A stretch of 64,000 bases of DNA from the NCBI GenBank assembly GCA_016219515.1, contig JACRMU010000065.1:1705-65704 (forward strand), written 5' to 3'. Positions within the stretch are counted from its first letter, which is position 1, and the number at the start of each line of letters is the position of its first letter. Shown piece after piece: positions 1 through 9,124 of this stretch. The position numbers were made by a program, and so were the translations under genes. The DNA comes from Deltaproteobacteria bacterium (lineage in GTDB: Bacteria; Desulfobacterota; Deferrimicrobia; Deferrimicrobiales; Deferrimicrobiaceae). A model generated the notes under the pieces. The model had not been told where the DNA came from and searched no databases. It saw only the letters and a program-made list of their open reading frames with translations.

Positions 1-328
1 TCGGAGAGAAGTGCACCAGCTGGGCCCGTTCCGGCGGAAGTCCGATTTCCGCCAGCAGCCGCCGGACCGTGCGGACGCGGATCTCCGCCCGGTAATTGCC
101 TTGCGACAGGCGGCAGTCTCCCTTGGGACACGCCACCACGCAAAGGCCGCGGGCGCCGCCTTCCATCGCGTGCAGGAGGTACTGCCCATCCATCTTTCCG
201 CTGCAGGGGACTTCCCGCACGAGAATCCGGGCGCCTTCCTGGTCCCATTGCCGAGGCAGATTCGCGTCCTGCGGAATGCAGTTGGTGCAGAGGTAGACGA
301 CCACGTCTGGAGAGAGGGTTTCCGACAT
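1..328 (-). CDS. MvhD-like hydrogenase iron-sulfur subunit, 3' end beyond window edge (partial)
   Basis: Reverse-complement from ATG at 326-328 reads MSETLSPDVVVYLCTNCIPQDANLPRQWDQEGARILVREVPCSGKMDGQYLLHAMEGGARGLCVVACPKGDCRLSQGNYRAEIRVRT... This is the Cys-rich pattern of methyl-viologen-reducing hydrogenase delta subunit / HdrA-associated MvhD. It is missing from the ORF track because it runs off the window. Confidence 0.55.
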   Translation of the reverse strand, partial: MSETLSPDVVVYLCTNCIPQDANLPRQWDQEGARILVREVPCSGKMDGQYLLHAMEGGARGLCVVACPKGDCRLSQGNYRAEIRVRTVRRLLAEIGLPPERAQLVHFSP

Positions 329-513
329 AAGGGCACCGGCGTGGATCAGGACTTGCGGATCCCCTTTCGGATCGGTTTGCAATTCGTTAATGAAAACGGA
401 CCCGGGCGGTCGGGATGCCCCGAACTCCCGGATTGTCGCTCCATCCCTATCCAGTGGAGAGGCAAGGTATTGATTATGACGATTCCTAAGAGATAGGGAA
501 GTGTTTTTTTTGA

Positions 514-544
514 TGCAATTATGCATTATAAATGCATAATTGCA
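514..544. promoter_or_regulatory. Perfect 13-bp inverted repeat TGCAATTATGCAT-N5-ATGCATAATTGCA preceded by T8, in the divergent region upstream of the AAA ATPase
   Basis: Read directly from the sequence. It sits 26 nt upstream of the ATG at 570 and is AT-rich in a 65% GC background. Confidence 0.4.
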
Positions 545-569
545 AAAATAGACAATTCAAGGAGCAACC

Positions 570-1784
570 ATGGAATACCTGGAAAGATCCCTGGAGCCGG
601 CAGTCCGAAAGGCGGCAAGAGATTTCCCTGCCGTCGTCCTCGCGGGCCCGAGGCAGTCGGGGAAAACATCTCTCCTGCGGGACCTGTTTCGGGAAACCCA
701 TCGGTACGTCTCCCTGGAGTGGCCGGACGTGCGCGCCGCGGCCACGGAAGACCCGCGGTCTTTCCTCGAACGGCACCCGCCGCCGGTGATCCTGGACGAG
801 GTCCAGCACGCTCCGGGCCTGATGCCGTACGTCAAGGAAAAGATCGACGAGTGCAGGGGAAAGACCGGCCAGTACCTGTTGACCGGCTACAAGAACCTGC
901 TCCTGGCGGAGAAAGTCACGGAGTTCCTCGCGGGCCGGGCCGCCATGCTGCGGTTGCTGCCGTTTTCCTACCGGGAGGCCGCGAGGACGCCGCAGGCCGG
1001 CTTTCCTTGGGAAAAGGGAGCCGACACGGGGAGACACGAATTCATGTTCCGCGATCTGTGGGAGAGTTTCCTGAAGGGAGGCTATCCGGAGATGGCGACG
1101 AATCCGAAGCGGGACGTCGCCCGCTGGCACGCAAGCTACGTCCAGGCCTACCTCGAACGGGACCTCGGCTCCCTTCGCCAGGTCGGGGACCTCTCGCAGT
1201 TTCATGCGTTTCTCCGCGCCCTGGCGGCGCGCAGCGCGCAGTTGCTGAACATCACCGACCTCGCTCGAGAGCTGGGCCTTGCGGTGAACACGGTCAAGGC
1301 ATGGATCTCCGTCCTGGAGTCCACCTGCCAGATCTTCATTCTCCGGCCGTACCTCCGCAGCGATGGAAAACGCCTCGTCAAGACACCCAAGGTCTACTTC
1401 GCGGATGTGGGAACCCTGTGCTACCTGGTGGGGTTGAAGGACGCGGAGCACGCCATGGCCGGCCCGATGGGCGGCGCCATCTTCGAGACGGCCGTCGTCG
1501 GCGAAATCGTGCGACGGCTGTCCGGAAGGGGAGGGCGAACGCAACTCTATTTCTGGAGAACATCGACCGGCGTCGAGGTGGATCTGGTCGTGGAAACCGC
1601 GGGCAGACTGATTCCCATCGAAATAAGGATGTCGGCGACTCCCGATCGCTCCATGGCGAAGAACATCGTATTGTTCCGGAAAGATTTCTACGGCCGGGCG
1701 GAGAAAGGTTTCGTCGTCCATCCGGGCGATGCGGCGCTCTCGCTGGAACCGGATGCCGTCGCATTGCCGTTTGCGGCCTTGTGA
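570..1784 (+). CDS. AAA+ ATPase with C-terminal DUF4143-type domain
   Basis: Walker A motif GPRQSGKTSLL near the N-terminus and Walker B ILDEVQ. The overall 404-aa architecture matches the AAA_14/DUF4143 ATPase family. RBS aaggag 7 nt upstream. Confidence 0.85.
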   Translation: MEYLERSLEPAVRKAARDFPAVVLAGPRQSGKTSLLRDLFRETHRYVSLEWPDVRAAATEDPRSFLERHPPPVILDEVQHAPGLMPYVKEKIDECRGKTGQYLLTGYKNLLLAEKVTEFLAGRAAMLRLLPFSYREAARTPQAGFPWEKGADTGRHEFMFRDLWESFLKGGYPEMATNPKRDVARWHASYVQAYLERDLGSLRQVGDLSQFHAFLRALAARSAQLLNITDLARELGLAVNTVKAWISVLESTCQIFILRPYLRSDGKRLVKTPKVYFADVGTLCYLVGLKDAEHAMAGPMGGAIFETAVVGEIVRRLSGRGGRTQLYFWRTSTGVEVDLVVETAGRLIPIEIRMSATPDRSMAKNIVLFRKDFYGRAEKGFVVHPGDAALSLEPDAVALPFAAL

Positions 1785-1942
1785 ATGCGACGCAGGGCAG
1801 GGGATTGGGTCTGCTTCAGCAGCCAACTTCTTTATAATCAACAAGTTGCACGTCATTTGCAGCGCCCCCTTTTATTTTCACGGACGGTTTGGCATAATCC
1901 ATCCCCTGGGGACGGCGAAACGCCGCTGGGGTGCGGGGAACC

Positions 1943-2272
1943 ATGATCCGTTCGAGCGCATATCGTCGGACGATGAGCGTTGTCGCTCTCGCGCTGGCGT
2001 GCCTGCTGTTCGCGCCGCAGGCCGATGCCGACGACTTCGCCTTCCCGTCGCTGAAGGGTACGATCTCCGTGAGGATGGAAATTTTCACGGCGATGGAAGA
2101 CGATGGCTTCGACTCCCGCGACAGCTTCATCTGCCCGGTCTGCATGGAAGGCCTCGGCGAGTCGTTTGCGCCCCTGGTCCTCCCCCCGCGGGCGGGGGAA
2201 CTTTTCAGCAACGCCTCCCGGAATCTCGCCTCCTCGCTTTTTTCCCCCGAGATCTTCCGACCCCCTGCCTGA
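1943..2272 (+). CDS. hypothetical small secreted protein (signal-peptide-like MSVVALALACLLFAPQADA)
   Basis: High GC3 codon bias and an N-terminal hydrophobic segment. No family recognised. Confidence 0.3.
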   Translation: MIRSSAYRRTMSVVALALACLLFAPQADADDFAFPSLKGTISVRMEIFTAMEDDGFDSRDSFICPVCMEGLGESFAPLVLPPRAGELFSNASRNLASSLFSPEIFRPPA

Positions 2273-2425
2273 TCCTTACAGCGTTCCTTTCGGCCGGTCT
2301 TCGTCCATCAACGTCGACTGCCGGGCGGAATGATTTCCGCCGGGGTTGCAAATCGGACCTTCCTCCCTCCTCTCCCGTCGCCGGCCGCCGGGGGAGGAGG
2401 AGGAGGAGAAAAGGGGAGGGGAGAG

Positions 2426-2629
2426 ATGAGGAGATACACCTATACCGTGCTGTTGGGGCCGAAGGATGACGGGGGATATCGTGCCCACTGTCCCGCCTTG
2501 CCCGGATGCCGCGCCTACGGAAATACGAAAAAGGAAACGATCCAGAACATCAAGATCTCGATCAGCCATAAGCTGGACCTGTTGGAGACCAAAGGGAAGC
2601 CGATACCGAGGGACCACGACCTGGCGTAG
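2426..2629 (+). CDS. hicB: HicB-like (UPF0150) antitoxin domain protein, no adjacent HicA
   Basis: MRRYTYTVLLGPKDDGGYRAHCPALPGCRAYGNTKKETIQNIKISISHKL fits the HicB N-terminal pattern (Y..V....DGGY.A..P.LPGC...G.T.EE). Strong purine-rich SD (ggaggaggaggagaaaagggga) upstream of the ATG at 2426. Confidence 0.65.
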   Translation: MRRYTYTVLLGPKDDGGYRAHCPALPGCRAYGNTKKETIQNIKISISHKLDLLETKGKPIPRDHDLA

Positions 2630-2800
2630 GGAGCTCACGAACATATAAAACCGGTTGTCGGAAACGAACGGACCGGGGGGGAAACGATCCCCGTCCGGAA
2701 GGAATCTCATGGAAGAATCGATCGCGTCGGAACGAACCGGGGCGGCATCCGTCCGACGGAAAATCGGAGCCGTTGCCCGCGTCGACGGAGAGGAAGTCGC

Positions 2801-3493
2801 GTGGAAGCCGCACAGCCCGCCCCGGTCAAGGGGAAAAGGCCGCTCCTCAAGGGGATATTCCTTCTGACGTTCATCGCGGCCGCCGTTGCGGCGGTCCGGT
2901 TCACTCCCATCAAAAGCTATCTGACCCCCGGCGAGCTGGGGCGTCTCCTGGAAATGTCCGGCATATGGGGCCCGGCGATCTTCATCCTGGTATACGCGGC
3001 CGGGGTGTGCCTGTTTCTTCCCGGCACGCTGCTCACGACGCTGGGCGGAGCGATCTTCGGCGCCTGGCAGGGCTTCCTTTATGTCTGGATCGGGGCGATG
3101 CTGGGCGCCAGCGCCGCCTTCTGGATCGGGCGCACCCTCGGCCGGGACCTCGCCGCGTCCCTCGTCGGCGACCGGCTCGTCAAGTACGACGAAGCGATCG
3201 AGCGAAACGGCTTCGCCACCGTTCTCTACCTGCGGCTGGTCTACTTTCCGTTCACGCCCATGAATTTCGGAATGGGGCTGACGCGGGTGCGTTTTTGGGA
3301 CTACTTCTTCGGCACGGCCCTGGGGATCGTCGTCGGGGTCTTCATCTTCACGTTTTTCGTGGGAACGGTCCGGGACGTCTGGAGGAGCGGCGATTGGAAC
3401 GGTCTGCTGTCCGGAAAGGTGATCTTCTCCGTGGCCCTCTTCGTCTTTTCCTTCTTCATTCCCCGGATCATCAAGAAGATCAAGGGAGAGTGA
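2801..3493 (+). CDS. TVP38/TMEM64 (DedA-related) family inner-membrane protein
   Basis: Multi-TM protein, GTG start with RBS ggagagg. TVP38 family signature region FLPGTLLTTLGGAIFG. Confidence 0.8.
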   Translation: MEAAQPAPVKGKRPLLKGIFLLTFIAAAVAAVRFTPIKSYLTPGELGRLLEMSGIWGPAIFILVYAAGVCLFLPGTLLTTLGGAIFGAWQGFLYVWIGAMLGASAAFWIGRTLGRDLAASLVGDRLVKYDEAIERNGFATVLYLRLVYFPFTPMNFGMGLTRVRFWDYFFGTALGIVVGVFIFTFFVGTVRDVWRSGDWNGLLSGKVIFSVALFVFSFFIPRIIKKIKGE

Positions 3494-3497
3494 CGCG

Positions 3498-5042
3498 ATG
3501 GAAGCGATCCGGAAAGCCGCTCCCGTCATGGGGCGGGTCCTCCCCGAGGACCGTTACAACCTCGATCTCGTCGCCAACGTCCGCCCCCCCGGCTGGGAAA
3601 ACCCCGAGCCGGCGCCTCGCTACAACCTGGTCGTCATCGGAGCCGGGACCGCGGGTCTGGTGACCGCGGCCGGAGCTGCGGGCCTGGGCGCCAGGGTGGC
3701 GCTCGTGGAGCGGCACCTCATGGGCGGCGACTGCCTGAACGTCGGATGCGTGCCGTCGAAGTGCCTCATCCGCTCTTCCCGCGTCTCCTTCGATATCCGG
3801 GAGGCCGGCCGTTACGGGGTGGGGGCCGCGGGCGGAACCGCCGCCGATTTCCCGGCGGTGATGGAGCGGATGCGCCGGCTCCGGGCGGGCATCAGCGGGC
3901 ACGATTCCGCGGAGAGGTTCCGGTCGCTGGGGGTGGACGTGTTCTTCGGGGAAGGCCGGTTCGCGGGGCGGGACGCCGTCGAGGTCGGCGGGAAAACGCT
4001 GCGCTTCTCGAAAGCGGTGATCGCCACGGGGGCACGCGCCGCCGTCCCCGCCGTCGATGGGCTTGCCGAGGCCGGCTTCCTGACGAACGAGACCGTCTTC
4101 TCGCTTACCGAACTGCCGACGCGGCTCCTGGTCTTCGGCGCGGGGCCGATCGGGTGTGAAATGGCGCAGGCGTTCCGGCGGTTCGGCTCGGAGGTGACCC
4201 TCATCGAGCGGGCCCCACAATTCCTGACACGGGAGGACCCGGACGCCGCCGCGCTTCTCCACGAAACGTTCCGCAGGGAAGGGATCGACGTGCGGCTCAA
4301 CACCGCCGTAACGCGCATCGCCGCCGCCGGAAAGGAAAAGCGGGTCCATCTCCGGCGGAGCGACGGCAAGGAGGACACGATCGCCGTGGACGAGATCCTG
4401 ATCGGCGCCGGGCGCACCCCCAACGTGGAGGGCTTGGATCTCGATGCCGCCGGGGTCGGGTGCGACGCACGGGAAGGGATCGATACGGACGATTTCCTGC
4501 GGACCGCCAACCCGCGCATCTACGCCGCGGGAGATGTCTGCCTGAAGCACAAATTCACCCACACCGCCGATGCCGCCGCCCGCATCGCGATTCAGAATGC
4601 CCTCTTCCTGGGAAGGAAGAGGGTAAGCGCTCTCACCGTCCCCTGGTGCACCTACACCGACCCGGAGATCGCCCACGTCGGGATGTACGAGCGGGACGCG
4701 CGGGAAAGGGGGATTCCGGTGGAAACCTTCGTGCGGGAGATGCGCGAGGTGGACCGCTCCGTCGTGGACGGAGAGGAGGAAGGGTTCGTCAAGGTCCATA
4801 CCCGGAAGGGGACCGACAGGATCCTGGGAGCGACCATCGTAGCGCGCCACGCCGGCGAGATGATCAACGAGATCTCCCTGGCGATCGTGGGGAACATCGG
4901 CCTCGGGACCGTCGCGAACGTCATCCATTCCTATCCGACGCAGGCGGAAGCCGTCAAACAGGTCGCCGACGCGTACAACCGGACTCGGCTGACCCCGTTC
5001 GCGAAGAAGATCCTGGGCGGGTGGCTGGCCTGGACGAGGTAG
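3498..5042 (+). CDS. class I pyridine nucleotide-disulfide oxidoreductase (mercuric reductase / dihydrolipoamide dehydrogenase-like)
   Basis: FAD-binding GxGxxG (VVIGAGTAGL), redox-active CLNVGCVPSK motif, NAD-binding GAGPIGCE, C-terminal dimerisation domain. Frequently paired with TVP38 genes. Confidence 0.85.
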   Translation: MEAIRKAAPVMGRVLPEDRYNLDLVANVRPPGWENPEPAPRYNLVVIGAGTAGLVTAAGAAGLGARVALVERHLMGGDCLNVGCVPSKCLIRSSRVSFDIREAGRYGVGAAGGTAADFPAVMERMRRLRAGISGHDSAERFRSLGVDVFFGEGRFAGRDAVEVGGKTLRFSKAVIATGARAAVPAVDGLAEAGFLTNETVFSLTELPTRLLVFGAGPIGCEMAQAFRRFGSEVTLIERAPQFLTREDPDAAALLHETFRREGIDVRLNTAVTRIAAAGKEKRVHLRRSDGKEDTIAVDEILIGAGRTPNVEGLDLDAAGVGCDAREGIDTDDFLRTANPRIYAAGDVCLKHKFTHTADAAARIAIQNALFLGRKRVSALTVPWCTYTDPEIAHVGMYERDARERGIPVETFVREMREVDRSVVDGEEEGFVKVHTRKGTDRILGATIVARHAGEMINEISLAIVGNIGLGTVANVIHSYPTQAEAVKQVADAYNRTRLTPFAKKILGGWLAWTR

Positions 5043-5063
5043 GCCGCGGCGGTTGTTCCGTTC

Positions 5064-6146
5064 CTACGGGATCGCCGGGACCTTGAGGCGGACCTCGTCC
5101 CCGGAGAGCGCCTCGACGAGAAAGGCCTTCAGCGCCCGTTTTTCCCCATCGCTTAACCCCAGCGGCGAAAGCGCCTTGTTCCCGGGACCTCCGCCCCGGT
5201 CGAGGAATTCGATGACTTCTTCCAGCGTCTTCAGGATTCCGTTGTGCATGTACGGAGCGGTCCTCGAAATTTCCCTCAAGGTCGGCGTCCGGAACGCTTT
5301 CCAATCCTTCCTGTCCTTGGTGACGAGGTAGCGTCCCGGGTCCTCCTCGAGATTCCGGTAGTCATCGTAGCCGAAGACCTTCGCCACGAAACGCCTTGTG
5401 GCCGTGATGCGCGGGTCCTTCCGGTACTCCGGGTTCTCGGGGACGTTCAGCGCGTGGAACCGGTCGTCCGACAGGTGGGGACCGAAGTGGCAGTCGGCGC
5501 ATTTCCCCTTTCCCGTGAAGATCCCGTACCCTCGCCGGGCCTCCGGGGACAGGGCTGCGTCGTCTCCCGCGAGATACCGGTCGATCGGCGCGTTGACGGA
5601 AACCAGGGTTCGCTCGAAGGCGGCGATCGCCATCGCGATCCGCGCTCTCGTGACCTCTCCGCCGAAGATTTTTTTGAATGCCGCCGCGTATTCCGGCACG
5701 ATCCGGAGCTTCTCCTCCAGAAAATCGAGATTCAGGTTCATTTCAAAGGAGGACATGACGGGGAAAAGCGCCTGCTCCTCCAACGTGGCGGCGCGGCCGT
5801 CGTGGAACAGGGACTGGAAGTAGGCCGCGTTGATCAAGGTGGGAGCGTTCCGCCAGTTCCGGGTCGTGGGATAGCTTAAGGAGATCTCCTGCCCGTCCGT
5901 GTACGCCTGGTCCGGGACGTGGCAGGAGGCGCAGCTCATCGTCCCGTCCCCGGAGAGGCGCCGGTCGAAGAAGAGCTTCTTTCCCAGCTCGATCTTTTCG
6001 ACGGTCTGGGGATTCCCCTCCGGGACCGGCGGAGGGGGGAGCGGCCGCAGCGCCCCCGCCCCGGCGGGAAGCGCAACGAGAAGCGTCGCCAGCAGGAGGC
6101 CCGCGGCGGGCAGGATTCCGCTCGGAAAGCTACCTCGCCGCCGCAA
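5064..6146 (-). CDS. ccp: di-heme cytochrome c peroxidase (CCP/MauG family), secreted
   Basis: Signal peptide and two CxxCH heme motifs (CASCH, CADCH), with the conserved CCP region FHDGRAATLEEQ. Its start overlaps the stop of the upstream dsbA-like gene by 17 nt. Confidence 0.9.
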   Translation of the reverse strand: MRRRGSFPSGILPAAGLLLATLLVALPAGAGALRPLPPPPVPEGNPQTVEKIELGKKLFFDRRLSGDGTMSCASCHVPDQAYTDGQEISLSYPTTRNWRNAPTLINAAYFQSLFHDGRAATLEEQALFPVMSSFEMNLNLDFLEEKLRIVPEYAAAFKKIFGGEVTRARIAMAIAAFERTLVSVNAPIDRYLAGDDAALSPEARRGYGIFTGKGKCADCHFGPHLSDDRFHALNVPENPEYRKDPRITATRRFVAKVFGYDDYRNLEEDPGRYLVTKDRKDWKAFRTPTLREISRTAPYMHNGILKTLEEVIEFLDRGGGPGNKALSPLGLSDGEKRALKAFLVEALSGDEVRLKVPAIP

Positions 6147-6744
6147 GCTCTTCCTCGACGATCTTCTTCAGATATTCGTAGGGGCGGTCTCCCACGACCT
6201 TCCTGCCGTTGAAAAAGAAGGTGGGCGTGCTGAAAAGGTCCAGCGACACGGCGAGCCGCCGGTCCTTCTCGATGATCTCTTCGTGCTTCATCCCGTCGAG
6301 CGATTCAACGAATCTCTTCATGTCCAGCCCGATCTCCTTCGCGCACCGCATGAGACTGGCCCGGTCCAGGTCGGGAGATTTCCTGAGCAGGAGGTGGTGC
6401 ATCTCCCAGAACTTCCCCTGGTCCCCGGCGGCCAGCGCCGCCTCGGATGCGATGTGGGAGAAGTCCCGGTACCGATAGGGGTATTGCTTGACGACCAGGC
6501 GGATTTTCCCCGGGTGCTTTTTCAGGAGCTTCTCGACGGTCGGACCGGCCGCCTTGCAGTGAGGTCACTGGTAATCGATGAACTCGATCAGCGTGACCGG
6601 GGCGTTCGGAGGGCCCAGGGCGTGCGAATTGCCGACGGGCACGTCGTACCGCTGCTCGGCGGCGATCGCCCGGGCGGCGGGAACCGCGGCGGCGAAGAGG
6701 AGGAGGCCCGCGGCGAGAAGCGCGGTTGCGAGCCCTTTCTTCAT
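6130..6744 (-). CDS. DsbA-like thioredoxin-fold thiol:disulfide oxidoreductase, selenoprotein with a UPHC active site (in-frame UGA at 6565-6567)
   Basis: Hand translation from ATG 6744: MKKGLATALLAAGLLLFAAAVPAARAIAAEQRYDVPVGNSHALGPPNAPVTLIEFIDYQ-[TGA]-PHCKAAGPTVEKLLKKHPGKIRLVVKQYPYRYRDFSHIASEAALAAGDQGKFWEMHHLLL... and on to the track ORF 6130-6402. The TGA sits exactly where DsbA has the first Cys of CPHC. Signal peptide present. RBS gaaggag 7 nt upstream. Confidence 0.7.
6565..6567 (-). other. predicted selenocysteine (UGA) recoding codon in the dsbA-like gene
   Basis: In-frame TGA at the position of the active-site Cys of the CxxC motif. The coding frame continues uninterrupted with high GC3 on both sides. 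Confidence 0.65.
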
Positions 6745-6792
6745 GAGGTTCTCCTTCTCTTGCGGGTCCGGGTTTGCGGAAGCCGGAACGAT

Positions 6793-8259
6793 TCAGGCCC
6801 CGTCCTTCCGGGAATGCGGCTTGCCGTGCTCGGCGCCTTGCGAGGATTTCCCCTCGTCGCGGAAACGGTAGTAATCCTCCGGAGTGTTGATGTTCCGGAA
6901 GGACAGGAATTCGGGATCGAACCGGGAGACCTCATCGCCTGCGATCTTCCGGACCTTCACCTTGTCGAAGAAGGAGACGACCCTTCCCTTGCCTGCGTGG
7001 AGGGTCTCCTGGATGGCTTGCAGCGCGCCCTTCCCGTAGACGGCGTGCAGCGGCTCCAGCCCCTCCTTCCCCTCGGGGACGACCACGTCGCTCCCCTCCG
7101 CCAGGGAGGCCAGGTGCCGGATCAGAACGGGGTTGAGGTGCGGCATGTCGCAGGCCACGACGAACACATGCGGATCTTCGCTGTGGAACAGGCCGGAGTG
7201 GATCCCGGAAAGCGCCCCCATCCCGGGGATGAGATCCCTCACCTTCCGGCAGGGGAGGAAATCGAAAAGCTCCGGCGTATTGGTGACGACGAGGACCTCC
7301 CGGAAGAGGGCCGCCATCTGCCGGTGGATCGCCTCGACGAACCTTCCCCCCTGGTGGGGGAGCAGCGCCTTGTTGCTCCCCATGCGGCTGGAGGTCCCGC
7401 CGGCCAGGATGACGCCTGTGACGCCGGCGATCCTGTTCTCTTCCGGGGGGACGTCGATCCGCTCCGTGCCGGTATATAGATTGAATCTGCCGCCGCGCGC
7501 GTATCCGATGACGGCGATCCCAAGTTCCTGCGCCATCCGGACCGCCAGATCGGTGGGCGAGCTGCGGGAGGCGATGAGGGCGATCCCCAGGGAGGCCGCC
7601 TTCGCGACCATCTCGGAGGAGATCCTTCCGGAGGTGACGAGGATCTTCCCGGAGAGGTCGATGTTCTTGAGGAGCGCCTCGCCGGCGATCCGGTCCAGCG
7701 TGTTGTGCCGCCCGAGGTCCTCCGCGTGCAGCAGGACCGACCGGCCGTCGCCGACGGCGGCGGAGTGGATCCCGCCGTGGTTTTTGTATCTATCCGACTG
7801 CCGCGCCAGCTCGTTCATCATGGCGAAGACGTCGCCCGGGGAGAAGACCGTGTCGTCCATTCCCGTGACGCCCGGGGCGGGTATGTTTTCCTTCCCTCCG
7901 GCGGGGGGATGCAGGTGGAACGTGATCCCCGCTCCGCAGCCGGAGGTGAGCGTCGGCGTCAGCCGTGCCGGGACCTCTCCGCGGATCCGCACGGTGGCGG
8001 CGCCGAAATCTCCGCATACGCTGAGCACGAGAAGGTCGTCGGCGCTTTTCACCAGCCCCTGCATCCGGAGGAAGCCCGCCACCAGGTAGACCAGGTCGTG
8101 GGGGGAGGCGATCAGCGTGGCGAGCTCGACGCCGTTGACGGTGAGGGCGATGGGGAACTCCCGGACCGGGCGGTGCTCCATTTCGGAGAGCCGGCGGCCG
8201 TCGAACCGCAGGACGGGGGGTGGCTTTTCCGGTTCTTCCCGGTCCTTGCCGCGGCTCAT
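6793..8259 (-). CDS. fdhD: FdhD sulfurtransferase fused to MobA molybdenum cofactor guanylyltransferase
   Basis: The N-terminal half matches FdhD (…LVTSGRISSEMVAKAASLGIALIASRSSPTDLAV). The C-terminal half has the MobA motif GVILAGGTSSRMGSNKALL. The start ATG 8257-8259 overlaps the fdhE stop (ATGA). Confidence 0.8.
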   Translation of the reverse strand: MSRGKDREEPEKPPPVLRFDGRRLSEMEHRPVREFPIALTVNGVELATLIASPHDLVYLVAGFLRMQGLVKSADDLLVLSVCGDFGAATVRIRGEVPARLTPTLTSGCGAGITFHLHPPAGGKENIPAPGVTGMDDTVFSPGDVFAMMNELARQSDRYKNHGGIHSAAVGDGRSVLLHAEDLGRHNTLDRIAGEALLKNIDLSGKILVTSGRISSEMVAKAASLGIALIASRSSPTDLAVRMAQELGIAVIGYARGGRFNLYTGTERIDVPPEENRIAGVTGVILAGGTSSRMGSNKALLPHQGGRFVEAIHRQMAALFREVLVVTNTPELFDFLPCRKVRDLIPGMGALSGIHSGLFHSEDPHVFVVACDMPHLNPVLIRHLASLAEGSDVVVPEGKEGLEPLHAVYGKGALQAIQETLHAGKGRVVSFFDKVKVRKIAGDEVSRFDPEFLSFRNINTPEDYYRFRDEGKSSQGAEHGKPHSRKDGA

Positions 8260-9104
8260 CTTCCCCTCTCGAATCCTTCTTTCCCCGCCAGAAGGTCCAG
8301 GTGAAGGGTCGCCAGGTCCTCCGCTTCCAGCGGGACGTCCCCGTTCCCCTTCCGCGAATCCCTGGTCTTGATGTACCGGCTGCACTTGCGGCAGACGCCG
8401 ACCCGCACCGGCTCGTCCCCGGCGAGGAAATAGGAGAGGGTCTCCGGGTCCTGGTTGCCGCAGTAGGGGCAGCGGAGGCGCGGGAAGGGCCAGCGGAAGG
8501 AGCAGGCGGAGCAGCACAGGAAACGCTTCCCCTCTTCGCCCGCCAGTTCGTCCATCCCGGCCCGGGATCCGCAGACCGGACAATATCCCTCTTTCCACCC
8601 TTCGACCGTTTTCGGGTCGACCGATTCCGCGGCCAGCGAAAGCGCCGTCTTGAGAGAAGTTTCGAGAATGAATGTCAAAAGAGGCGGGCGGACGGAAATC
8701 GCGGCGGCCGCTTCCTCCAGGCTTTTCCGTTCCCGTTGGAGGCAGGCGGATAAGAGCAATGGTAGTTCCAGGGCGTTTTCTTCCAGCGCGCGCCCGATCC
8801 GGTCGAGTTCCACTCCTCCCAGCGGATCCCGGTTCGCCCCGCGTATGACGCCCACGATGCCGCTGAGAAACGCCCCTGCCTTTTCCCGGTCCACGGAAAG
8901 GTTCTCCGGGGCGACCAGGGGGAGCCCGCCGTTTACCCGTTCCGCGCCGTGCTGTTCCGGGAGGGCGAAGGATATGCCGGTGTCGCCCTCCCGTCCGTCG
9001 ATGTAGGCGAAGAGGCCCTGGAACAGCGAGAGGACCTCACGGTATTCCGGCCGCTCCCGGACCGTGCGATCCAGATGTTCCCTTTTCCTGCCGGTCTGCG
9101 GCAT
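8256..9104 (-). CDS. fdhE: formate dehydrogenase accessory protein FdhE
   Basis: Four Cys clusters (CPVCGS, CCSACSF, CPYCGN, CRKCSRY) in the FdhE arrangement. Immediately downstream of fdnI. Confidence 0.85.
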   Translation of the reverse strand: MPQTGRKREHLDRTVRERPEYREVLSLFQGLFAYIDGREGDTGISFALPEQHGAERVNGGLPLVAPENLSVDREKAGAFLSGIVGVIRGANRDPLGGVELDRIGRALEENALELPLLLSACLQRERKSLEEAAAAISVRPPLLTFILETSLKTALSLAAESVDPKTVEGWKEGYCPVCGSRAGMDELAGEEGKRFLCCSACSFRWPFPRLRCPYCGNQDPETLSYFLAGDEPVRVGVCRKCSRYIKTRDSRKGNGDVPLEAEDLATLHLDLLAGKEGFERGR

Positions 9105-9124
9105 CCCTCTCCAGCCTGGTTTTT

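Noticed and set aside
519-1856. Long ORFs on both strands (519-1856 minus, 521-1837 plus) overlapping the AAA ATPase gene
   Set aside because: Pro/Arg/Gly-rich low-complexity translations typical of off-frame or antisense reading of high-GC coding DNA. The 570-1784 frame has the clear Walker motifs and an RBS.
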